Positions 40,347 to 50,960 of a DNA stretch of 64,000 nucleotides are shown in pieces. The position numbers were made by a program, and so were the translations under genes. Source of the DNA: Rhina ancylostomus. Taxonomy: Eukaryota. The first letter of the stretch is position 1. Every line of letters begins with the position of its first letter. Below the pieces are notes generated by a model. It was not told the origin of the DNA. It saw only the letters and a program-made list of their open reading frames with translations, and ran no database searches. Location of the stretch: NCBI GenBank assembly GCA_030265395.1, contig JARFYF010000052.1, forward strand, positions 126,316,005 to 126,380,004. Reading direction: 5' to 3'.

Positions 40347-40394
40347 CCTACTCCCAGCTCTTTCCTTCTTTTCACAATATTTTTATTAAAACCA

Positions 40395-40720
40395 TAGAAA
40401 AATTCTCTGATCTATGCGCCGTTCCCAGCGACGCACACAGAGATGGACATCAACTGCTGCTGGACGGTCATCAATTCGGTGAAAGACACCCTTTGGTCCG
40501 CCTGGAAATTGTTGGTGGCCCAGCACTGTGAGATGTCCGTTGGGGAATGCTGCCGACTGGCACATTCCAGGCTGCAGGAGTACATGCTGAGTGGTGCCCT
40601 GAAGCTGACGCAGCCAACACAAGGGCTCACTGGGTAAGGACGACAGTCTAGGGTTCTTCTGCCACAGGAGAGGGAGGGGTGGGGTCAGATGAGGAAGCCC
40701 CTCAAATATTGTAAATACGG
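40395..40720 (+). mobile_element. Tx1/L1-clade LINE ORF2 C-terminal fragment
   Basis: DINCCWTVINSVKDTLWSAWKLLVAQHCEMSVGECCRLAHSRLQEYMLSGALKL. Confidence 0.7.
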
Positions 40721-41454
40721 GATTGGGGTATCACCCCAGGGAACCACACGAGTGGCATCGGTTCATTCACTGGTAAGATATCCAGTGCAGAAGTTACAGA
40801 AATGTTTAAACTGGTCAAGATAATAGCAGCTCAAGTCATTGGATTCTCAGCACATCTGCACCAACACAAGTTGAGCCTGTACGGTAATGCAGAGATGGCC
40901 TACCTACACCGATACTTTCCTGTGAAATCCTTCAATGAGCTGTTTACCATGGAAGGGATATCCATACAGTAGGAAGGGGCCACTTTGGCTTGAAGTTAAT
41001 ATCTTCGAGCTGGGATACACTTTACCAAGACACTTCCAAGCTCCACCTCCATTGTGGTTGGTGCCCTCGAGTCCATAATTAAGGACAGTTTGTGCACAGA
41101 TTCCACATGAGGCCACACTGCTGAATGTAGAAATAAAGGGCCTCCACACCCATTAACACAGATGACCTACTACTCCATTACCTGTTTCCCCTTATGCATC
41201 CACACATATGGTTCCTGCTGTAATTGTTAGACTGCAGTTGTAAACAGAGCAGGTGAATGAACCAGAAAACTTTTATATTTTTAGACTTTGAATTACCCAC
41301 TTCAGACAGAAACAAAATCTAGCTATAAAAGTAAAGACAGACTATTTACATGGGAATATAAACTAAATATGAGGCCCAGCACTCCAGAGATCGAGGGAAT
41401 AAAATAGAAATTTAAGGTCAAGAGTTAAACGTTTAAAATGTAAAATAATATGCA

Positions 41455-41660
41455 TTTACACCAAGGTAGTGTGTAAATACTGCACAACGCCAGGCACAGC
41501 ACAGTGCTAAAAATGCCATATTTTATTGCGCCAAATACCTCATTGCGCCAACACTACAATGTTCCAGATAATGAAACGTGCTAAATAATGGCAAACCAAA
41601 TCCTGTACAGCTAAATACTACACATTGCCAAATACTATCAAACCAGTTATACCATACCCA
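41455..41660. repeat. Degenerate ~17-bp tandem repeat
   Basis: Recurring gccaaatac..cattgc units. Confidence 0.55.
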
Positions 41661-41904
41661 AGCTTTTATTGGGTCAAATAAATTAAGTGTTTCAGCATAA
41701 TCTTTTCAAATATTTATCCAATTCTCTTAACTTAGGTTGTAATCTTCAGCACAAGAGCTAACTGTGATAAAACACACCATGCTCAAAAATTTCATTCTTT
41801 TTAGGATAATCCCATAAGGTCCAGTATTGTTGTGTGGCCTTCCACAAATCCAAGAGACATAGTTTTGCTGCTACAAGGGAAAACCTCTGATCAGTTTAAG
41901 GTAA

Positions 41905-42185
41905 AAATCTTCTTCTTAGGCAGTCCCTCAGGATCGAGGATGACTTGCCTCCACTCCAGTTTTGAAAGCTGAGGTGACCGATGAGGACCATGTGGGAATT
42001 GCAGACTCTTTCACATATGGGACAGGAGGTGCATGATGGGGCAAGTAGGTAAACAGTTTGTGAGGTGCTGCAGTCTTCCCACCACTTATGCAGGACTTCA
42101 GTGTGCACCCAAAGCATGGCCTTAAGGTCTCCATTACCCATTACAAATGCTCCTCCTCCACTTTAAGTCATCATGGACCAGAGAA
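41905..42185 (-). mobile_element. RTE-clade LINE 3' end
   Basis: CPICERVCNSHMVLIGHL zinc-finger-like end; tail ..gagggactgcctaagaagaaga, like 7955-8000. Confidence 0.75.
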
Positions 42186-42827
42186 TCCCGGGGCAAATAT
42201 ACAAAATGCTTGATTCAATTCCCCTTGGGAATATTTAAGCATCCTGGAAAAGCAATTCCCCTGGGTTGAACTATCATTCACCTTTGGGTCTTCAGCAGTT
42301 TTGTCTGTCTTTATTGATCTGTTGACCGACTTTACCTATGGTTTTGCCCGTTTATATTCACTCTTTGCCTGTCTCCACCCACCTGTGCAGCAGGACAAAG
42401 AATTTCACGAGAATACCAGCTCAAACCACAGTTAAACAAAGAGTTGAGCTGAAATTCTCACGGTGTGGTCATCCACAGGCATTTCATTCCTAGGATTACA
42501 TTCAAAGGCAGGAATCTGAGAAATTGTGGTTAACTTTTCAAGAAACACCCAAAATTTTTACAAAGCTACATTCAACTGGGTGACACAGGACTTGGAATCC
42601 ATGCTGGGCAAAGCTTTGGCACAAGACGTACAATATAGTAGCAATGCAGAGCTTGAGGACAATGAATTAGAAGACACAGTTTCCCTTTGTTCTGGGTTAT
42701 TCAGGGAAAGTAAGATCAGTCTGAAGTGCTATAGTCTTTGCTTCACTTCATTGGTGATAGCACTGTGAAAGACATCAGCAAACCTCAAGACATTAACAAA
42801 TGCATCCAAAAGCTGAAAATCCTTAAA

Positions 42828-43530
42828 AAAACTGCAGATGCTAGAAATCTAAAAAGAAAACAGAACATTTTCAAAATACTCAGCAAATCAGGCCACATCT
42901 GTGGGGAGAGAAACGAGAATCAATGTTTCAGGTCGGAGATCCTTCCTCAAAACTGAAAGGGAGAGAGAAGCAGCTTGTAATGCTGCAGGGAGGGTGGGGG
43001 AGGGGGATGTTCCTGATAGGGTAAAACCGGGGCACCCATGGCGATAAACTGTAAACCGGTTATCTCGTCAGGGAGGGAATGGGAGCAGTCAGAGAGTGAG
43101 AACATAGATAAAAGAACTGAGATAAATGAATGTGGCAGCTGCAAAATGCAGAGCAGGAGGACAAGCCCAGCAGGGCAGGATGGACATATCCTCTACTCCC
43201 AGAGAGAAGAAAAACTAAGCTGAGCTGACGTTAGAGATGGATGATGGATCCAGATCAAGAAATCAAATTACCTGAAGTTGTAGAATTCAGTATTGAGACC
43301 AGAAGGCTCCAAAATGTCCAGATAGAAAATGAGGAGCTGTTTCTCATTTGTACAAAATGAAGAACATGTTTCTCATGTTCACGTTGAGCCTCACTGTGAC
43401 AGTACAGGAGACCAGAGACTGATAGGTCAGAGAGGGAGTGGGTTGGAGAACTAAAGTGGCAGGCAAAGGATTATTAAGGTACACCCCTGCAAACTGAATG
43501 CAGGCACCCTGCAGAGCAATCACCCAATTA
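42828..43530 (-). mobile_element. Penelope-like element, inverted arm
   Basis: 43140-43335 is close to the reverse complement of 44000-44195; ends in ctgcagatgctagaaatct. Confidence 0.8.
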
Positions 43531-43539
43531 AGCCTTCAG

Positions 43540-44575
43540 TCTCTCCAAAGCAGAACACTGAGTGTAGTACACAGCGTCAGCATTTTGCAGGGACCATTCC
43601 TGTCATTGCTCCCTGGTCCACTCTTCCATTCCCACCAACCCATACCCTTCTTGGGACATTTTCCTTTACAACCTCAGGCAATGCATCATTTGTCCTTTCA
43701 CCTCTTCCCTTCTCACCACCCAGGGACCCAAGACGTCTTTCCGGGTGTTGCAGTGATTCTCTTGCCCTCTTCCAATCTAGTGCACTGCATTGGGTGTTTA
43801 CAATGTGGTCTCCTCTACACTGGAGAAATCGAATACAGATTGAGTGATCACTTTGTGGAGCACCTGTGTTCAGTCCACAGGGTGACCCTGAGCTTCACGC
43901 TACCTGTCACTTTAATTCCTCATCCTACTCTGACTTATTGGTTTGTGGCCTCCTCCTGTACTGACACAGTGAAGTCCAATACAAGCCTGAGGAACCATAC
44001 CTCATTTTCCATCTGGGCAACTTGCAGCCTTCTGGACTCAATACTGAATTCTACAACTTCAAGTAACTTGACTTCTTGACCTGTATCCATCATCCATCTA
44101 TGAAATGAGCTCAGCTTGCTTTTTATCTCTCTCTGGGAGTGGAGAACTTGTCCATCCTGACTTGCTGGACTTGTCCTCCTGCCCTGCATTTTACAACTCC
44201 CACATATTTTGTCTAAGTTCTTTTGCTATCTTCTCACCCTCTGACTGCTCCCATTCAGCCACTGACCTTGTTTACAGCTTATCCCCTTGTTCACCCCAGT
44301 TTTACCCCATCAGACACATCCCCCTCCCCCACCCTCCCTGCAGTTTTCCAGGNNNNNNNNNNNNNNNNNNNNNNNNNNNNNNNNNNNNNNNNNNNNNNNN
44401 NNNNNNNNNNNNNNNNNNNNNNNNNNNNNNNNNNNNNNNNNNNNNNNNNNNNCCCTGCAGTTTTCCAGGCTGCTTTTGTCTCCTTTTCAGTTTTGGCAGA
44501 AGGTCATTGATGTGAAGATTCACTTCCCACAGATGCCACCTGATCTCCTGAGTATTTTCAGCAGTTTCTGTTCTT
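43540..44575 (+). mobile_element. Penelope-like retroelement fragment with GIY-YIG endonuclease remnant
   Basis: SSNLVHCIGCLQCGLLYTGEIEYRLSDHFVEHLCSV in ORF 43498-44079. Confidence 0.85.
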
Positions 44576-46129
44576 GTTGTACCCAAAGGATGACTGACTT
44601 ACATTCAAGAACAGCATAGGTATAAATGATCTTGCACTCTCAATAGAGAGAGGTATCGCAAGGAACAAATCTATGGAAAATGCAGACACAGTTCTCCCAA
44701 TATCCTGAGACATGTTCCCAGCAAAAATTCTCTCAAAGAAGTCCTGGATTGCAGAATCAGCTCTAATGTGCTATAGTTCAAACAACTGAAATGCTGCAAG
44801 ATTAGTATGTTATATTACACTTTTTGCTCAATACCAAGGTCAGCAAAATGCAATTAACCAGCTGTTTCAAGCTTCAAGTTCAGGAAAGTGAAGGCAATAC
44901 ATATTTGCACTGAACCAACACTGCGTAATTATATTTGCACTTAACTTTATATTTAAGTGATTTAAAGAATCATTTTAGAATTTCAAAACTCAGTCACTCA
45001 CCTTATTTGCGGCAAATACTGATTTAACCATTGGATAATATTTGCAGTTACCTGTGCCTTGTTGCCCTGTAGCATTTATTTTTATGCACAGCAACCAAGT
45101 TCTGACTGAGGGTGTCCGAGACTAACACAGCTGAAACGCGTCAATACTTGTTGCAATTCTATCCACTTCCTAAATCTTTCACAGAGGATAAATCTTAAAT
45201 GTTTCCTGTTCAATTTCTATACAACATATTCAGGTGGCAAAACCACATTGAGTGTCCACTGCAATTTAATTTAAAAAGTTATTTTCATTGCTTACTGATA
45301 ATTGAAGTGAAAATCCATGTAATATATCAATACTCGTTTAAATTTTCAGTCCACATACAGAAAAATATTTTATTGTCATCCCATGAGCCAAAAGTAGCAT
45401 CTGTTATTTTGTGTTCCTATTTAACAGTGATCCACAATGAAATTTTATTTATGTGCATTTGGAAGTGCAGTAAAAACAATATGTCCAGTATTTACAATAG
45501 CATATCTAAATGGAAAATTAACAATAATTAAAATTGAGCTGACAGTACATTATAAACTATTTTCTTCCATTTTTACTGACTGAAAATTCCAGAACCACAT
45601 GACTAATGGGATAACTGCAAGATAGAATTAAAATAATTGGTTTACAGAAAATAATTTTCCTACCCTGTTTAACACAGGTAGTGGAGGCAAATAACAGCAA
45701 CATGAAGCAAATAAATCCACCTCGAAAATGTAGCTGCCCTCAGCAGTCCACATTCCATCAAATATGGTGCCTTCAGAACATAGAACATCTAACCAATTTC
45801 CCTCTCCAGTCTTTCTCTAGACAAGCATCTCACGAATTTGCCTTCTCCTGCCACTCTTCATCCCTCATGGCAACCTTTCTGTATTGGTTGATTCCATGAC
45901 ACTGACTTGACCTTTTGATGAAATGGTGGGAGCTAATGCATTCAGTACAATAAACCTGGGAATTTCTGGAATTGCCCCCACTCTACCAAACCCTGTTTAA
46001 ATGTGGGGGGATTCCACTTAGCCTGAGTTATGCTGTAGAATGGAAGCAGGAAATTCTGGATGTAACATTTTGACTCTTGAATGATGAAACCCAAGAGAAC
46101 GTAGAGGCAAAATCCATCTCCAGACTTAC

Positions 46130-46266
46130 CTTGCACTGTCCACTGACACAAACGTTCAAAGAGCCAGGTTCACAAGGTGTTCCATCAATGACTTGCGGGG
46201 CATGGCGTATGTAGAATTTGTACCCAATGGCTCTGCAGTTCAGCTCACATTTTTGGTCATCTGTTA
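46130..46266 (-). CDS. THSD4/ADAMTSL4-subfamily 137-bp exon (ADAMTS cysteine-rich domain)
   Basis: Acceptor ttttcttgctgttcag, then (V)TDDQKCELNCRAIGYKFYIRHAPQVIDGTPCEPGSLNVCVSGQCK, then donor gtaagt. Phase 1 to phase 0. CELNC and VIDGTPC are ADAMTS-family motifs. Confidence 0.96.
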
Positions 46267-47559
46267 CTGAACAGCAAGAAAAGCCAAATGTTGAAAAACA
46301 ACATTGGAAAAAAAACTGGATGTTTTCATTGGGCCATTTATTAGGGCCATGTATAACAGAAAAATCAGGTGAAATTGCAATAGAATGCAAATTGGTAGTG
46401 CACTGCATTACAGTCTGCAGGCCACATCCGGTTTGCAGATGGTTCATTCTGACCCCCCCCCAGATGAGCTACAAGCTGCCTGTTCTCCTGCACACTCTTC
46501 ACTTTAGCCACGACTGCAATGCGAGACCTTTTCACCAAAGTGTGACCCCCAGTCCCAGAACTACATTGACAGCTATCTAAGCCAAGCCCAGGATTATTGC
46601 TATTCATAACTGTCAAAAGACTATCTAAATATATTAATACCTGTGATATTCAAAGTTTAAAGAATATTCTAAAACTATTAATATTTAATCATACTATTAA
46701 AACATTAAAACTTCAAAAACTATAAAGAATTAAAATTAAAGCTCAAAGTACATGTGAGTTAACATTAAATCTCCCTATCAACTCAATCAATTTAAAAAAT
46801 GTATTTACCTCTCTCCCTTGGGGCTGTTCCTCTCCACTGCACTATAACTAACCTAGCCCACTGGAAAAGCTGGGAGACTAGAAAACATCAATATTCCACA
46901 GCTAGACTCTGTGAGGAATCCAACATCAGAACTCATTAGTGAGGACTCCTCAAAAGTGAGAATACCATTGTGAGAATACCATTAGTGAGGACTCCTCAAA
47001 AAGTTTGGGACTTCAGTATCTTAGAAATCAAGTGGAAGTAAATTTTCCCCTCCAACAGAAGTTAGTACACTATTGTGGTAATTCATTAATACAATTGGCT
47101 TAATCTATATCAACAGCAGGTTATAAACAATAGCAAAGGATGCATTAATACCAGATTGCAAGATTCTTCTGTGTGGGTNNNNNNNNNNNNNNNNNNNNNN
47201 NNNNNNNNNNNNNNNNNNNNNNNNNNNNNNNNNNNNNNNNNNNNNNNNNNNNNNNNNNNNNNNNNNNNNNNNNNNNNNTTGCAAGATTCTTCTGTGTGGG
47301 TTGGTTGCTGCAACATGCACATCATTGAATACGAGTTTATACTTCTGGTTTGGAAGTATGTGTACTAAATATAGTGAGTATGCTAAATATACCAGACATT
47401 ATCAAACTTTGTGGGAAAAGGTGTAAAATATCGAATCCAAAATATTATACATAAATAAGGATTTTGGTGTATTGATGATCACAGTATCCTGTAGATATGA
47501 GGGATGAACAAGATACAGTTCCAGAAGAAAACATTGAAAATGCACTACAAGACATTTGT

Positions 47560-47897
47560 GGGTGATGGGGATTCAACAGCTAAGATGTGAGCACAAGCCA
47601 ATAATTCAAGATAGCACCGTGGGAGTACCACACTGCCTGGGGTGCTGTCTTTCAGATAAGATATTAAACAGATGCCTCATCTTCCCACTGCGATGAAAGC
47701 AGCACTATTCAAAGAGCAAGGGAGTTGACCTGACATCCTGGACAAATTTATCTCTCAACCACCACCTCTGAGCAAGCTTTCTGTTATGCTGCTGCATTTT
47801 CTGCACGTAAGCAATGGGTTTGAAAGATCCCAATTGATTCTAAAAAGCTTTGAACTATCCTGAGGCATGAAGATAATGCATAAAAGCAAATCTTTCT
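47560..47897 (+). mobile_element. Deu-domain SINE (SacSINE1-like)
   Basis: ggtgctgtctttcagataagatattaaac..gcactattcaaagagcaagggagtt..atcctggacaaatttatctctcaacc. Confidence 0.7.
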
Positions 47898-48289
47898 GAA
47901 CTTGGTATAAATACAAAAAAGTTGAACCCTTACTAGATAGGTAGTCGGCAGGAGATGTAGCTGACTTCAGACTGGGCATAATGAATATACTACATGCCTT
48001 GTTTGGAACGTGTTAGTACAATGTAGTGTCTTAAAACATTTGATCACAAGGAGAAACAAACTGGGGAATCTGACAAAGGCCTTGTCAACACCTCTAAACT
48101 AGACCCAAGAACAGGTTTACTGTTAAGTGCTCAAGAATTCTTGTGGGGGATAAAAACTGTAATCAAATCATTGCTCTTCAAAACAACTATCACTCAGTAA
48201 AACGTTTCAGCAAAATGTTTCAAGACTTTTTCTATCTAATTCTAAAACCCCCATTTTAACATGGGTGTGAATAAGTGGATGGTCAACAG

Positions 48290-48830
48290 GAAGACCATGA
48301 GCCCCCTCGACTTTGGCACCATGAGGCCTGGGTGACTTTTTCTCCTGGCTTTTGTTTCTATCTGACAGGTTGCCCTTCCACTCATGTCGGAAACTGAGCA
48401 GCCCACACACAGCCATCTTGACTGTACTTCCTCTCACTCTGCCTCCTCAAGGACACTATTTCATTCTCTTAGTTCCTCTGTTGTGCATGGTCTGACGACA
48501 CAAGATTCCAGACAGGTGGCTGAGAATTGTCTTCCTTCTCCCGGAACTGTGGCTCCTTCTCTGCCATAGTTGACCAAACCCTTGACAGAATCTCATCTGT
48601 TTCTCACAACTCTGAAATCAATCCTTTTCCTCCAGGACTGAACAAAGACGGAACCCTTTGCTTCCATCTCACCAGCCTCTTCTTTGCACTGTCTGCTGTT
48701 TTCAATGAGAAACCACACTAGACGTCATCATTCCCTTGACTCTCTTTTATTATTCCAAAGGGGCCATTCCCTCTCCTGGTCTGCTCTTCTGTCTCCACCA
48801 ATCACTTCATGTTTGTTTCCTCAAGATTCC
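48290..48830 (+). mobile_element. Decayed Penelope RT C-terminal fragment
   Basis: PTHSHLDCTSSHSASS resembles the PLE motif PTDSHSYLDYTSSHP. Confidence 0.65.
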
Positions 48831-49064
48831 AACAAAGTAAATGATCTCCACATGGTTTACAGGAAAATGTAAGAAATGGGTCTTGAGCCCAGCTTCCTGC
48901 TTTCACTGCTATTCACCAGCACATTAATGCCAGGAAGCGACAAATTCCAGTAAGGGTTTACAGTCACTTGGAGTACAGATCATAAAACACTATTGTCCTT
49001 ACCCCAAAGCAAACTAGTCATAAGGTTGCTACTGACATTTATTTGGGAAACTAATAAAAATATG

Positions 49065-49197
49065 GGGACACAAGAGACTGCAGATGCTGGAATTTGGAGC
49101 AATAAACAATCTGCTGGAAGAACTCAGTGGTTCAAGCAGCATCTATGGGAGGAAAGGAACTATCGATGATTCGGGTCGAATCCCTGCATCCGGACTA
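49065..49197 (-). mobile_element. Penelope-derived short element with degenerate hammerhead
   Basis: gagactgcagatgctggaattt..ttcgggtcgaatccctgcatccggact. Confidence 0.7.
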
Positions 49198-50802
49198 ACA
49201 AAAACATGGTTTGGTTTGAAAGCACATGCATTATTCTGATTAGTTAAAATCAAATACAAGAAACCCAAAATTAGGATAGAAAACTGGGAGTTTTGGCACT
49301 CCTGTTGTCAGAGTAGAAGAGCAGATAGTCTGGTCTGTTGTAGATGACTTTTCCCTTATTAATTGGAGACTCCATTGTGTTATGCAGTCTCAGCTTTTAC
49401 CCAGTAAACTTAAAAAGGGCACTTTCACGTGTGTGTTCAGGACAGATAAAGAGACAGCAAAGTTAGTTTAGTCAGCTGTACTAGCCTGTCACAAGCAGAG
49501 ACATAAATGTCATTGGTAGTCTTAAGTTAGGAGAAGAGAAAGAGAAGTCAGCTCAGACCGCCACTCACATACAGAGGGACTCATCATGAACTGAAACCCA
49601 AGCAGAACAGATTGTCCTGCTGCCAAAGGGGAGGTCACTGAAGCAAAGATGAATGACGGACCACAATTCAACATCTTCACTCATAAGACAAAGTTTATAA
49701 ACTCATAACCATTGTTAACCACCAGTGCCTAAATGAAAATCCAACCAATGGATCCAAACGTTATCCATTATTTCGGAACATAAGCCCCAGCTAGTAATCA
49801 CTATTTTGTGTTGATTGATATTAATTTACAACAAGACAATGTATTGTCAGCATATAATTCCAAGAGCTTATTTTGTTAATTAACTATTTTTATTAATGAT
49901 CCGCATCTCTATTCGTTAGATGTTTATGCTACATATACCCAGCAAGTGAAGCAGCATCTGCGGAGACAGAAACCGTGCTAAATTTCCAGTTGATGACCTT
50001 TCATCAGAATTTTAAAAATGTAGAAATCCAAAATATTTTAAGTTGCAGGAAAGGGGGAGAGAGGAAAGGACAAAAGGAACGTCTGTGATGGGGTGGAGGC
50101 CAAGACAAGAGTGGTGGTGGTGTTGGCTGGGTGAGGTGGTGAAACTTTGTTACTCACAGCTGATCCATCTGCAGAAGTAAATAGAAAGACATGAATGAGA
50201 ACACAGGTAAGAACATTTATTGACAACAGCCAAAAGGTATTTGGACAGGTACATGGATAGGAACGGTTCTGAGGGATATAGACCAAAAGCAGGCAAATGG
50301 AATTAGATTAGAAGGGCACCTTGGTCGGCATGGACCGGATGGGCCAAATGGTCTTTTACTGTGCTGTATAACTCTAAGAAACAGTGCAGGAACTGTCAAG
50401 TACAAAACATTGCAGTTTACTGGAGTTCTGAAATAAATACTAAAAGGTTTGGCAGCATCTCTAGAGAGACAAAATGAAGTTAACGTGTGATATTAAAGCA
50501 ATATATTGGTATTAGACCAGACAACCAAGCACACACTGCTTTTGAGTCTACCACTATCTAGCTTGTAGATATAGTCCCCAGAGTTGAGAACACACTGGTG
50601 TTGACAAGTTTTGGAGAAAACCAGGTAATTTCCATTTGGGAACTCCCTGTTAGCATTTTAACAGTCAGCAAATTCTCATCAACAACACAATCCCTCTTGA
50701 ACAAAGTGTGGACAACTAATTGAAAATGCATGAAGCCCCAATTTTGGCTGAAATCAGTGAAGTGTAGAGTGAGACCTAATTAAACTAATATATAAGTGTA
50801 GT

Positions 50803-50960
50803 TACACAAGAGATTCTGCAGATGCTGGAAATCAGGAGTAACACTAGAGGTAGAGGAACTGAACAGGCCAGGGAGCACCCATGGAGGGAAATAAACAGTC
50901 GACATTTCAAGTCGAGACCCTTCATCAGGACTGGAAAGGAAGAGGGCAGAAGCCAGAATT
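50803..50960 (-). mobile_element. Penelope-derived short element
   Basis: acacaagagattctgcagatgctggaaatc..gagacccttcatcaggactggaaaggaagagggcagaag; same family as 14768-15288. Confidence 0.8.
50897..50932 (-). ncRNA. Minimal type I hammerhead ribozyme motif, best-preserved copy
   Basis: AGUC CUGAUGA A GGGUC-UC-GACUU GAAA UG UC GACU; helix I AGUC/GACU is perfect and the GUC cleavage triplet is present. Confidence 0.68.

Noticed and set aside
40904-41149. Minus-strand ORF containing SCGIC as the missing next exon
   Set aside because: Lacks GCD/LGS/CGGD; its open frame is phase 2 and the phase-0 frame stops after 13 codons.
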